DNA from: Escherichia phage BF17
Sequence record: MW822008.1
DNA: 64,000 nt
Reading direction: 5' to 3' (one strand)
A model generated the notes under the pieces. It saw only the letters and a list, made by a program, of their open reading frames with translations, searched no databases and was not told the DNA's origin. Positions 10,791 to 23,700 of this stretch are shown here, piece after piece; the stretch's first letter is position 1; each line of letters begins with the position of its first letter. A program made the translations under genes and the position numbers.

Positions 10791-12295
10791 TCTGAATCCT
10801 TATGTATACGATACACTGTATTAGGTTTAACTGCATCATGTAATGGTACACGGTTCGGGCTATTAACAAATTCTGTTAGAGCAAGATCTGCACCTTCCCA
10901 CGGTTTTCTACCACCGTAATCGAAAATCACCCAAGAATTCTTGGACGCACTGTATTCCCATAGGGTTACTGGTGTATAATCGGTACGATAGTAGTAATCA
11001 CCATCAACTGCATCACTTGGGAACATGTTACCTTCAGGAACTGTACCTCGTGCTGGAGGAATCTTAGGACGATAATCTTGTTGTGAATCGATATTTCCAT
11101 AAACACTATTAGAAGTGAATGGGTCATTAACGTAAGTTACTTCTGGTTCTCCCCATTTACCATTTAAGTACTGATAAATGTGTGGTTCTTTGTATTCAAT
11201 ATAAAAATCATCAACCCCTTGTGGCGGTGTGCTTTCTGTAGTACACTCAACATCACAATTTAGCCACTTTTTGGCAGATTTGTCGTATTGATACAATGAG
11301 AAGCCAGTAACATCAGCCTCGTTTTCTTTAAAGAAGAAGTCACCATCCATCGGTTTGCGAGGAAAGATGGTTCCACGCTTGACTTCCACAGAAATCCATG
11401 TATCATTAGATAGTTCTTTCAGTACTGGGTAAGTTTTCTTGAGGAAATACATTTTATTTGCTGGTTCCTCTGGTAATTCGTATCCATTTAGCATATACTT
11501 AGACAAATCAACAGTATCTGGTCTGTCATCGAACAAGTGTTCGTTAGTAAAATGAATGTATGGTACTTCATCATCAGCTTGCATAATGATACGGTTCATA
11601 ATATCCATTTCATTACCATAGCTGCTGTTCTCTGAAGAGCCATCATCAGTATTACCATTGCCGTTGTTTGGATCATCTGGGTCATCAGGGTAGTTATTGT
11701 TACCTAGAAGGTCAGAGTACTCTGGTGAATCAGTAAGAGGTTTAACACGGAGTTTGTAAATGTGATGTTGCCATGTAACTGAGTAACCTTCTGACGTTCT
11801 AAACCCATCTTGTACTACATAGAAGCGGTTTAAACCAGAATCTTTACCAAGTACATCAAAATCACGTAAGTTAGGAAGTTCGATTACGTCACCTGGCATA
11901 ATTTTTCTTCCCAAACGCTGAATCATTGTGTTATAATGAATTGTGATGTCCATTGTGTTAAAATTGAAGAACAATCCTGGGATTTTCAAGTCAGGTGTTG
12001 CTTCTTGGACTTGGTAGACGCAACTTAAGGTGATAGCTTCGAGATTATAGTTACGGCTTGGAGTGTCCCCAAAAATTAAATCACCAATGCTTGACACAAC
12101 GGTACTATCTGATCCATAATAATCACCGCCGTATGATAAATCAGTGTTGTCAGCGACTTGTTTTGGTCCGACATAGGCATAAAGCCACATGTCAACACCA
12201 CCGATGTTGTATTGTTCTGCTATGGCAGAGTCAATGAACTTGTAATCATTGGTTCTACCTTTTTTCCACATTCTGTATGCCATGTTTGTCTCCAA
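10787..12295 (-). CDS. Hypothetical structural protein (502 aa), possibly baseplate or neck
   Basis: ATG at 12293-12295 with RBS GGAGA; position only. Confidence 0.5.
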   Translation of the reverse strand: METNMAYRMWKKGRTNDYKFIDSAIAEQYNIGGVDMWLYAYVGPKQVADNTDLSYGGDYYGSDSTVVSSIGDLIFGDTPSRNYNLEAITLSCVYQVQEATPDLKIPGLFFNFNTMDITIHYNTMIQRLGRKIMPGDVIELPNLRDFDVLGKDSGLNRFYVVQDGFRTSEGYSVTWQHHIYKLRVKPLTDSPEYSDLLGNNNYPDDPDDPNNGNGNTDDGSSENSSYGNEMDIMNRIIMQADDEVPYIHFTNEHLFDDRPDTVDLSKYMLNGYELPEEPANKMYFLKKTYPVLKELSNDTWISVEVKRGTIFPRKPMDGDFFFKENEADVTGFSLYQYDKSAKKWLNCDVECTTESTPPQGVDDFYIEYKEPHIYQYLNGKWGEPEVTYVNDPFTSNSVYGNIDSQQDYRPKIPPARGTVPEGNMFPSDAVDGDYYYRTDYTPVTLWEYSASKNSWVIFDYGGRKPWEGADLALTEFVNSPNRVPLHDAVKPNTVYRIHKDSE

Positions 12296-12325
12296 AATAA
12301 ATCGGGTATATCTTTATTTACCTTG

Positions 12326-12353
12326 TTGACAAACGCAAAGAATGTGATATAAT
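12326..12353 (+). promoter_or_regulatory. Sigma70-type (early) promoter for the ClpA-like gene
   Basis: TTGACA (12326-12331), 16-bp spacer, TGaTATAAT extended -10 (12345-12353). Confidence 0.6.
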
Positions 12354-12391
12354 GTTTATTAATTAGAGTGACTACTCATTTAGGAGAATAC

Positions 12392-14680
12392 ATGAATCTT
12401 ACCCAATTGTTCAAAAAAAGCGACGAACTGGCAACTTCTCTGGGTCATACCTTCTTGACTATTGACCATCTAAGTGCTACAGTACTGACAATCGATAGCA
12501 TCAAAGCAGTGTTTGAGGATATGAACATCGATGCAGAGAAACTACACGGTCGTTTGATTGCATATCTGAAAAATACAGCATTCCCACATGCACCTAAAAG
12601 TGCTGATGGTGATGAAGCGAACCGCACATCACTTCTTGTGAACCGTGTAGTTCAGGAACTTTCTAAGAAATCAGTAATTGAGCAACTTAAACGTGATGAT
12701 TTCTCAATTGATGCTTATTTTGTACTGTTTGAGTGTTTGTCCTTCCCAAATACTGCACTAGAAGCAGCATTGCGTGAAGAGGGTATCACTTGTACTGAAG
12801 CAGCACGAACTCTTCAGAAGCACGTAGAAGCAATCGACAACGGAATTAACCTTCAAAGCATTAGTGATGAACCAACTGGGGAGAAAAAAGTGGCACAACA
12901 GCAACCATCGTCCAAACAAAAAGGTTTAGAAGATTACACCACTAACCTAACCGCACTTGCAAAAGAAGGTAAACTTGACCCAATGATTGGTCGCCAGAAA
13001 GAGCTTTCTGCACTGATTGAAACTCTGGCCCGTAAGACTAAGAAAAATGCTATCCTGACTGGTGAAGCTGGTGTTGGTAAAACGCAAATTATTGATGGTC
13101 TAGCACAGGCAATCGCTGATGGTGAAGTACCAGAGCATCTTAAAGATGTTGAAATTCTGTCTCTGAACGTAGGTGCACTGACTGCTGGTACTAAGTACCG
13201 TGGTGAGTTCGAAGAACGTATCGATAACCTACTAAAAGAACTGAAGAAACGTGAAAACACTATTGTGTTCATCGATGAAATCCATATTATGGTTGGTGCT
13301 GGTTCAGCAAGCAACGGTTCTATGGATATGAGCAACATGCTCAAACCTGCACTATCTCGTGGTGAGATTCGTGTAATCGGTGCAACAACTTACGATGAAT
13401 ATCGTAAAAACATCGAAAAAGATAGTGCACTAACTCGTCGTTTCATGAAAATTGATGTAGTTGAGCCAACAATTGATGAAACCCGTGCGATTGTGAATGG
13501 TTTGAAATCTACTTATGAAACTTTCCATAACGTAGAGTTCAGTACTGAAGCAATGGATGCAGTTATTACACTAAGTGATAAGTTCCTGAAGAACAAACAC
13601 TTCCCTGACAAAGCAATCGACCTAATGGATGCGGCAGCAGCGAAAGTACGTTCTCGTGAAACTGATGATAACATCATCACTGTTGCACTGATTCAAGAAG
13701 TTGTTGCAGGTATCGCAAACCTAGATATTAACGTGGTTGCTTGCACTGAAAGTGAACGTATGCGTAATCTACCAGATGCACTCCGTTCTCGTGTATACGG
13801 TCAAGAAGAAGCAGTACAGAAACTGGTTGATAACGTGATGGTAGCTCGTGCTGGTCTGCGTGATAAATCAAGTGTTCAAGGTGCATTCATGTTTGTTGGG
13901 CCATCTGGTACTGGTAAAACTGAAATTACCAAAGCACTGGCTGATGCAACTGGTTCTGAACTGATTCGTTTCGATATGTCCGAGTTTTCACAGGAACATA
14001 CTGTTGCTAAACTGATTGGTTCACCTCCAGGCTATGTTGGTCACGATTCTGGTAACGGTCTGCTACTCGACAAGATTGAGCAGTTCCCGAATGCAGTACT
14101 GTTGCTTGATGAAATCGAAAAAGCTGATCGTAAAGTACTACTAACCTTCCTACAGGTTCTGGACGAAGGACGTTTGACTGGTTCACAAGGTAAAACTGTT
14201 TACTTCAATAACGTAACTGTTATTATGACAACTAACCTTGGTGCAGCAGATTCAACCAAGCGTAGTATTGGGATGAGCGGTAGTGACACAGCACAAGATA
14301 AAGCGATTAAAGCATTCTTGCCACCTGAATTCATCAACCGTATCGATAGTATTGTGACATTCAAAGACCTAAGCAGCGAAGCGATTGACAGCATCATTGA
14401 TAAGTTCATGGGAAGTTTGAATGAACAAATCAAAGACCGCAAAGTTAAAGTTTCACTGACCAAAGCGGCACGTGAGTGGTTGGCAACAAATGGTGTTAAA
14501 GTTGGGATGGGTGCACGTCCAATGAAACGCACTATTGAGCAAAACATCCGTGTCCCACTAGCTAAAGAGATGTTGTGTGGTTCTCTGGTTAATGGTGGTA
14601 ACGTAACGTTTGATGTGATTGATGGTAAATTGGCTATCAAACCTAAACGAACTAAAGCAGTAGAAAAAGTTATTGCGTAA
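12392..14680 (+). CDS. clpA: ClpA-like AAA+ unfoldase (two nucleotide-binding domains, Clp N-domain, ClpP-docking loop)
   Basis: Start at ATG 12392 (RBS AGGAGA; the ORF track's 12368 is a GTG extension). Walker A GEAGVGKT (13061-13084) and GPSGTGKT (13899-13922); no ClpB-type middle domain; KRSIGMSG matches the ClpA IGL-type ClpP-binding loop (IGM at 14267-14275). Confidence 0.85.
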   Translation: MNLTQLFKKSDELATSLGHTFLTIDHLSATVLTIDSIKAVFEDMNIDAEKLHGRLIAYLKNTAFPHAPKSADGDEANRTSLLVNRVVQELSKKSVIEQLKRDDFSIDAYFVLFECLSFPNTALEAALREEGITCTEAARTLQKHVEAIDNGINLQSISDEPTGEKKVAQQQPSSKQKGLEDYTTNLTALAKEGKLDPMIGRQKELSALIETLARKTKKNAILTGEAGVGKTQIIDGLAQAIADGEVPEHLKDVEILSLNVGALTAGTKYRGEFEERIDNLLKELKKRENTIVFIDEIHIMVGAGSASNGSMDMSNMLKPALSRGEIRVIGATTYDEYRKNIEKDSALTRRFMKIDVVEPTIDETRAIVNGLKSTYETFHNVEFSTEAMDAVITLSDKFLKNKHFPDKAIDLMDAAAAKVRSRETDDNIITVALIQEVVAGIANLDINVVACTESERMRNLPDALRSRVYGQEEAVQKLVDNVMVARAGLRDKSSVQGAFMFVGPSGTGKTEITKALADATGSELIRFDMSEFSQEHTVAKLIGSPPGYVGHDSGNGLLLDKIEQFPNAVLLLDEIEKADRKVLLTFLQVLDEGRLTGSQGKTVYFNNVTVIMTTNLGAADSTKRSIGMSGSDTAQDKAIKAFLPPEFINRIDSIVTFKDLSSEAIDSIIDKFMGSLNEQIKDRKVKVSLTKAAREWLATNGVKVGMGARPMKRTIEQNIRVPLAKEMLCGSLVNGGNVTFDVIDGKLAIKPKRTKAVEKVIA

Positions 14681-14683
14681 AAA

Positions 14684-14715
14684 AGAAAAGGAGAGCAAAT
14701 GCTCTCCTTTTTGTT
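14684..14715. terminator. Bidirectional intrinsic terminator
   Basis: aaaa-AGGAGAGC-aaat-GCTCTCCT-ttttgtt between the clp gene (+) and the giant gene (-); almost the same sequence recurs at 60449-60480. Confidence 0.75.
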
Positions 14716-17700
14716 ATTTAACTTCTAATAGATTTTTAATGTCATTACCACTTATTTGCAAACTATCGGAGTAAACAGATAGTTCGATTGGATAACTGTT
14801 AACACTATAACGTTTTAGTAAATTAACTTTACCTAAGTTCAAGCCATTAAATGAATATGTCACATTCTCTTTAAAGTCGTGTTCTGCACTATACATTACC
14901 CCACGGAGTAAGTTATTTGCAAAACGTACTTCAACTTTTTCAAAACCAAGAGAAATAATATCATTCATACTTGCACCAGCACCAGATAGAACATTATTAG
15001 TAACACTATATGGACTAACTGAATCTGGTTGTGAAACATAAGTAGCATTTTCTTCACTGATAGCAGTAATGTTAGTTACTGTTCCACCAACTACACCAAT
15101 ATATGTATCACTAACTAGTGGATATGCATATTCCCATACCCCGTCAGCATTCAGTACTGGTTGAATAATACCAACATCATACTCGAACACGTTAATTTCC
15201 ACACTATCAGTCATTTTGGTTCTCACTAACTCACTAAGAACACCTGCACCAGTAATTGGTAAGTTATATCCGTTATCAATGGTAACACCATCAACTTCAA
15301 ATATCTCGTTAGACACTACCCAAACATCAACGTCATCTGGTGTAATTCCATCATTATAAGAACCACCGTATAGTGTTGTGTCGTAGAATACTTCATAGTT
15401 CATTGCGTCGATAGCATAATTTCTATTTGTTTCATACAACTTAACACCATCAACCAAGAATTCTGGATCAGCAAAGGTTCTAATACGAACGATGTTCAAT
15501 GCTAGAGGTATTGCTGGTTCATTCTGTTGTTGTTTAGTGATGTTATCATAACGAAGCACAACTCCAGTACTATCTAGTAGTTCTACAGTTCCGTTCGCAG
15601 TGTTTCTTACTGTGTACAAGGTTGGTGTGGTGTCAGTTTTGATTTTTGATACACTCAAGATGGTTTCCCATGCATTGTTTTGGTATCTCACATAATCTTC
15701 ACCATCAGTTGTGAATATCATAACCTTATCACCATCAGATAGGGTATTGTCAATTACTTCAGCTTCTGTATCACTAACAATTGATTTAATTTTATAGAAG
15801 TATTTTTCATCATACTTACTGTATGATTTACTAATATCATTTTCAATCTTAGCGTAAGAAGGAATACTAACAATTGCTTCTGTTGTTTTATAAGGGTTGA
15901 TAATAACCATACCTTCAGTTTTATATCTACTATTGTCTCTCAATTGAACTAGTGAAACACTATTGAATCCATAACCATCAACTGTGAAGCGAATCTGACC
16001 AATCTTTCTTCCTGATGGGTTAATATCAGAAATGTCGATTATGTACGGATCTACTTCGTCACCTTCAACTTCCCATTTTAACTCGGAAGTTTGTGATTCA
16101 AGTGCTAGGTTATCAAATGCATTCATATCATCGTAGTACTTAGCATCGGTGATGCTATCTAGGATGTGCTGATAATCACTGTACATTGGGTTATTTCTAT
16201 CAAGAGGTAAGTCATCAAGATTTATTTCTGCCAATTGAACTAGTTGACCGTCAGTTATGAATTTGTCTTCCATGAAATCATCAATGCTTTGGTCATCTGG
16301 GATACTCTCGTATACACCATTAACATTAACATAAACATATTTTCGTGGCATCATAGTAAATGCATGAATATCAATAGGCATTCTACTTAGTATTTCTTCA
16401 GCCTTTTCATAATGGTCGGTAGCATCTTTGTCATACAAACCACGCATACCGGACAATACATGAATTGCGTCATTGTAGAATCGTTGATTTCCATTTTCAT
16501 CTACATGGCGATATGAATAAACACCATATTCAACTTCAAGTATAATTCTAACTTCATCATCAGTTGCAGTAGTATTGTTTTCTTTAATTAAAGAAACATA
16601 CTTATTATACAACTCACTACTAACTTCAAAGTAACCAAAGTTATAATCAGTACTGGATGCATAACCAAACGGTAGTCTGGTACTTGGATTATCATCATAG
16701 GTTAACCCACTAAATCCACATCCAACCTCATCATGAATTACTTCATCATCTGCACCTGTGTACAATTTCAAACGGTTAGAGAGTGTGTTATACTGAACAT
16801 AATGATTTACGTCATTAAACATTTCATTTTGTGTTGATTCTTTATATACACGATTCAACGTTTCTGTGAATTCTGCGGTTGCTACCAAATCATCTGCATG
16901 GTCTGCATACCATTGGTTAACACCGTAAGCAATCCCTAGAGTTACGTTCAATTCTGGGTAATACAATTGCATCTGATAAGCAACCAATAGGTCGAAATCT
17001 TCATCACTGTATTCTGGGAATGTATATTTGTAACGTTGTAATTCAAAATTACTAACAACATCTTGTGCATTAGATTGATATTTCTTATTCACTTCTTCCA
17101 ATACATCAACACTTGCCAAATTATCATTTGGTTTACATTGAGTGTTGTCGTAGTGCATGATAACATCAATTTCTTGGAAACGGCGATTAGGTGTTACGAA
17201 ATCACTTGGCAATTCACCAACTTGCTCCCAACGTTGAGTTACCTCATTGAATTGAGCATATTCATAATCCCAAATGTCTTTTTCCGTTTTAACCCAAGTC
17301 CCATCTGCAAATATATAGCCATTAGGATCTAAATCATTACACAAACCTTTAATTAAATCATCATCTGAAGTTTTCTGTTCAATCTGGGAACGAATCTTAG
17401 TTCTATATGGTTTAACTTCTTCAAAGTACTCAACGATTTGATTAATCAAGTTGTCGTTGGAATAGTTCTGTACTAATGATTGTTCTAAACCTACAATATA
17501 AATGTAAGATGTTTTGAATACCCAATCAACAACGCTTTGTTCTACGTGAACATACTTAACCATATCAAACACAATTTCACTCTGATGTAAGTCGAATGAG
17601 TTCTTCAATAAAGCTAGTGCTTTACGAACGTTAATCTCACGATTACTCAACGAACCATTAGCATCACGAACTGTATAGTCAGCGTATAACATATCATTCA

Positions 17701-20700
17701 ATTCAACTGTACTATTTTCACGACCAATTGCTTTCCAGTAAACTGAATCACGTGATTGTGCTTTAATGTACAATGTCCAGATGCCATCAACATCTGTAAT
17801 TCTGATAATGTCACCAACTTGATAGTTCTTAGTGTTTGCATCTTCTAGGCTGGATTCTTGTGTATATGCAGTATTTTTATCGTATCCAATATCATACCAA
17901 TCTGCTAGTGACCAGTACTGGGTCATGTCCAATGAAGTTCCTAGTGCTTCAACATAGTCTGATTGTTTAATCATTTTCTGTTGACCTTCACCACGGTTTT
18001 CCAATGTAATGGTAACCACACTACCAGCACTTGATGGACTATTCATTAGATGAATATAACCATTAGCATCAATATGCACAAAATATACAGAGCTAGTTGA
18101 TAGTGGGGTAGGTAATACACCACTAGTACTTACTAGTACTGCGTCGTTTTCTTTGAACTTGTCACTTTCAGGTGCAATGACTAATTCACTATTGTAAGTT
18201 AGCACACGATATGATACTTCATTCGGGTTAACTTCAGTAGTTTTAACATTAAACACTTCGTCCATTAGAACAGTGTTAGTTGTTATATTCTGTGAGCGAT
18301 AATAGTTATTTGCACTTTCTACAAAGTTTCTACGAGCTTCAATTACATCTTGGAACCAAGTCTTATTAGAACCTAAACCGTTTGGTACTAAAGGATATAG
18401 TAAATCAATAACAGTTCCTGATTCAGTAGTTTCTTGACCAATCATAGAATTCCACATAGAAGTCCAGATTGATGGATTGAAGTTATAGCTATCACCTTCT
18501 TTACATAATTGATACTGGTCATGTTTAATAACTTCAGTATTATCCATGTAATAAGAAACAGTTAAAATACTTGTGTCATCGTTGACTTCAAATTGCATAT
18601 TACTTAGAATGAACGAGCTTTCATTGATTGGTGCAAACCAAGGAATGTTAAGCTGTGCTGGTTCTTTAATAATACGAGCAATATCAGTACAAGATTTAGT
18701 TCTGGAATGTAATGGTGGTACATAAATTGTATCACGAACCCAGAAATAGTATTTTGTAACATAAGTATCAGTTGTGCTATCATATTCTAAGAACGTACTA
18801 TAATTATCTTCCAATGCGGTTCCGCTTGGTAGGTACATAGTGTTGTTTTTATTTTTGTTAGCAACGTCTTTACAGTATTTGTCCCAGTTATATGGTTCAA
18901 CTGGTGAACATACCCATTCAAGAACATCAACAGTACTGTGCGGTAACAATCTACCCCAGTTATAACGTTTATATTCATTTGTTGCATCAACATCCACATT
19001 ACCGTCAGCATCATAGATTGCACGAGTGTAATCTAAGTAGAAAGCAGTGCTGGTGTTCCACCAAACCTGACCAACTTTATCAGCACCCCATGCTTGAATC
19101 AATTCACCATTGCTGTTGTATTGTGCTGGGTCAACTGGAGATGTGTAGGTAACGTTCTGCATCGCTGCACCAGGAATAACACCGTTGATTGGGTCAAACA
19201 CGTTTAGGTACAACGCAGTAATGTTAGTACGTTCATCATATGTAGTTGGACGGTCAAACAAAGTACTTTGTGGAGCTTTAAAACTATATTTTCTGTCAAT
19301 GTATTCCTGACGCATCTCTTCAGTACTGAATCGTGAAACATAACGATACAAGCGTGGGCGAGTATCAGGATCAGTGAAGTCAATAGTGATTGAAGTGTCA
19401 AACGGAACTACCATAACTCTAGGGTCATTACCCGCAGTATAATATTGACTTTCTATAGTCAATGTATCTGGCATAAAGTTAGTTTCATCAACAAAGTAAT
19501 AATAATCACCATCATTTAGTGGGATATCATCACTTAGAGTTACTTTACAGAATTGTTCTGCATATACATCGGTATTTTCAATTGGAACGATAGAGAGCAT
19601 CTCAACTTCAGTGTCTACTAGTTCGAAAATATTCCACAAATCATTACCATCTTTAAACATCCATACAGAATCTGGGATTTCACCACTGTTATTCATATAA
19701 TTGATACGATCATTATATGCAGTACTGAAATCTTTAGTAACGTATGAAATTTCATCTAGTGTTACAGGACCAATGTCTGGAAGTTGGATATTCTCACTTC
19801 TTCCACTACGCATTGGGAATGAAAACTTACCATTTGGACGAGTAATCCAGCGTGAGTCAACCCCTTGTTCACCGTAATAAACAATACCATTACCAGTACC
19901 ATTTGATGTAGCATTAACATCAAACGAAACCATCTGTGGTTGTTGTTTAAATTGGTCATTGATTAGTTTAAATTGTAGATTTTTCTTACCATTGATATTA
20001 CCATAAGTACCAATCTTAAATGCCCATTCCTGAAGTGCTTTATATTCATCAGTGTCGTAAGATTTAGAAACGCGTAGTACTTTTTCCATTACTTGGTTAG
20101 TACCTTTGTCATGAATGAATCCTTTATAGAAATCAACACGACTAACATCACTACTAATCATACGTTGTAGATAATCACGAGTTTGATAGCCAATCAAGTG
20201 ATTTGATAACTCTTGAAGCTGAACATCACTCACAGGAGTTTCACTATTATAATATAATTCAAAATCAGTTACTAATTTTTCAAATGATGGTAAAGTTCCT
20301 GCTTCTAGGATAATGAAACCAGGTGCTTGTAGGCGACCAGTCCATGACCCAGTAATGTAACCATACATTTTAATCAATTCTTGAATAGCACCATAAGTTG
20401 GTTGGTAAATGTAATCACCAAAGATAGTTTTATCATCAAAAACAACTGCGTGTTCATATGAACTTAGGCTCAAACGAATCAACGCCATACGTTTTTGTGA
20501 TTCAGATGTAGTTCTCACTGTGAATACGTTACCGATACGCGAAGTTTCGATTTCATATTGACGGATGCCTTGGTTTTCATCATCGAGTAGTGACCAAACA
20601 CCACCACTATTCTGTGTAACAGATTGAACTGAACCAAAATCCGCACCAAATTTAGCATTAGCTGCACTTGGAGTACAGGAGATGAACTCACCAGTACTTA

Positions 20701-23700
20701 AATTATTCTGACTCCAAATAACAAAGTCTTTAGCAATAGTTGTCCAGTCTTGTTGAGTACCACTATCATTTACATCTTCAAAAATCCAGCCATGTTCTTT
20801 TAGATATTCACCATATCCACAAATGAAAGTATAAACTTCTTGGTATGTATTGAATATTTTACCATATTCTAATGTACCTTCAGATTTCCATTCATTGTAA
20901 TGAACAACAGTTCTGTCTTCCAATTTAAGAGTTACTTTTCTTCCATTTTTAACTGGAATTTTATATTTAAATTTAGCACCAACTAAATCATAACCATCAA
21001 TTTGATATGCACTACCATTCCAAGTAATTTTTACTGCACTCATTTGCTCATCGCGAATGTTATTGGAACGAACTAGACCGATAGTTTGGTTTTCTTGTGA
21101 AATCAAACCGAAAGATTTAGCAGTGAATGTCAATTGGTCTGCTTTAGTAAAGCCACCAATTTTGTGAGCGACATTGACATAAGAAGAACGAACAACGTCA
21201 CCGTATTTGGTGGTAATGTTCTTATTCTGATACATCAAATAGTCACTAACAAACATTTGATAACCGATAGTACGGGTGTTTTTCTCACCATGTACTAATG
21301 TAGTACTGTCAAAGTTTAGACGCTTACGGGTTTCACCATAAAGGAACTGTGAACCATCAGTATAAACTGGTTTAAGGTTATCATTACGGGTATCCCAGTA
21401 ATAGTTTGCAAACTGTGCTGGTTTTGCTTTGTATAGAAGAAGCATTTGGTCATAAGCAAACATCGCAGTGTTCATGTAAGTGAATTCCATGTCACCCATG
21501 TCACCATAAGACCACGGTTCTGCACGATGATCTAAATTACCACTAACAAGACCTAAAACTTCAGGTGCAATATACTCAACTTCACAAATATCAATACCAG
21601 TACTGGTTTTCTCGCCAGTCTTAGTGATTTTAAATGGCTGTACACCGAAACGCTTGTATTTGTCATATTGACCACGGCGTTCACCTGACAAAATAGTACC
21701 AGTACTGCTATCACCGATAGTACCATCAATATCCCACAATCCACTTGGGACCAAATCACCATTTTCATTCATTACTAGTGCTTCATACACATAAACAACA
21801 TCACCCTCACGTTCACCAACTTGAACTGCGGTTGGTTCGTATTCTTGGTTCCACCAAGTAGGACGTTGAGAGAAGCCCATCATTTCCCACGGATGGGTTG
21901 CTGGACGATATGTGCCATATTGGTCAGTATAGATTGCACGCCATGAACCACGAGCAGGAATTTCAGTACGTTGACCATCAACAACATAATAACTACCAGT
22001 ATAGTTCCAAGTTCTCCAGTTATTTGCATCATAATCATGAGTACTGTTACTAATGCCATTGGTTGCTGTGAAGTTAATGTAACCACGTAGTAATAGAGTT
22101 TTCTTTTCTTCTGCACTATAATCAGTACCAGTGAAATATGGAGTTGGGAATAGGTCTTCACTGTTTAGTACTGGTTTATAATCAATATCCTTGAAAGTAA
22201 GATCAATACTATTAAAGATACGATTTTCCAATTCAAAAACTACGTCATCCATTTTATCAACACCATTGATAACACGGTATGCTTTTGAAATAATACCAGT
22301 ATGACTGATATTATAACAGCTAGATTTACTACCAGCAGTTAAGAATGTTGCTTTTTGTGGTGTATAAGCTTGCAAAATACCCAAGAACTGTGGAGTTGGT
22401 GGGACAAATGCACGAATAAACCCAGCAGTGCTTGCAACGTTGTCATAGTAGAATGGGAATGTACTATCACGTCCCATATTAATAGCTGTTAGAATCGCAT
22501 CTACGATGTTTGATGCACTATTACCAAGAAAAGCACTTGGGTCTTCTTCATACAAACGAAGCATTTGAGTGTTGAACTTGTTAATGAAGCGGAAGTATTC
22601 TGCTTGCATAAACATGATTGATTCAAACAAATCAATATCTTCATTAGCGGTATGTGCCATTAGTGGTAACATGGACGCTTCGTTTTGAATAATTTTAGTG
22701 CCTACACCATTATTAACCAAACCAGCAGCCAAACGTTCTTCGTAATTGTTAAAGTCATCAGCAGAACCAGATGTAATATTCTTTTGAATAATATCTTGGA
22801 AGTGCAGGGTGTAATCACCTTGGTTGATGTATTCAATGTTTGAATTATATGGGTTATTTTGTAGATTAATTGGAACTTCATATGCACCCAACTCTTTATT
22901 AGGAGTGATAGTGCTACTATAAGTTCTGATTTGTACAACAGAATCTTCATCCAAATCAACAGAGCTATCAATTGTAATACTTTGTACTTGATTATTAACT
23001 ACAGTTTTTGTGTATTCTTTTATTTCCACACCATCAACAACTAGTTCGATAATATCATCAGAATTATCTAGTACTTTTTGTGCCAATTCAAATGTATGAT
23101 TGTACTTAACGCTTTGTACCCCATCACCAACGATAACATGCCAATCAAGATATGTTTCACGTTCTGCTTTGTAATATTGATAAGTTCTGTCAACTTCAAT
23201 TACATAAGCATACATTCCTTCAACTGGGTCTTTGAAACTTTCCATGTCATAAACAGTACTGAACACGCGGAACATTACTGTACGTTCAACCTGTGGAGTT
23301 TGTTTAACATATTGTTTGGAGTATTCAGTACTACGAACCCAATCAGTTTCTAGGTTCATTGTATTACCTTCACCAATTACGTTATAGTAATATAGTCCAT
23401 CAATTTCAACTTCCACACCCAAATGCTCGTAAGTATAACGAGTTGATTGTAGGAAATTCTCATATGTGTAATAATTGTAATCACCTAGTTCAATATTATA
23501 ACCATAAACGCTATCAGTTGCATAATTATAGTTAATTTTAAAACCAAATAGTGAAGAACCAGTAAAAGTACTTGATGGATAGGTAGTAGTGTTGTTTAGT
23601 TTAACACCATTACGGTCATACAATTGGAATTGTGGAAATACGTTCACAGAAGTTTTAGACTGTGCTTGAATCCAATGAGAACCGTCCCAATACATGGAAC

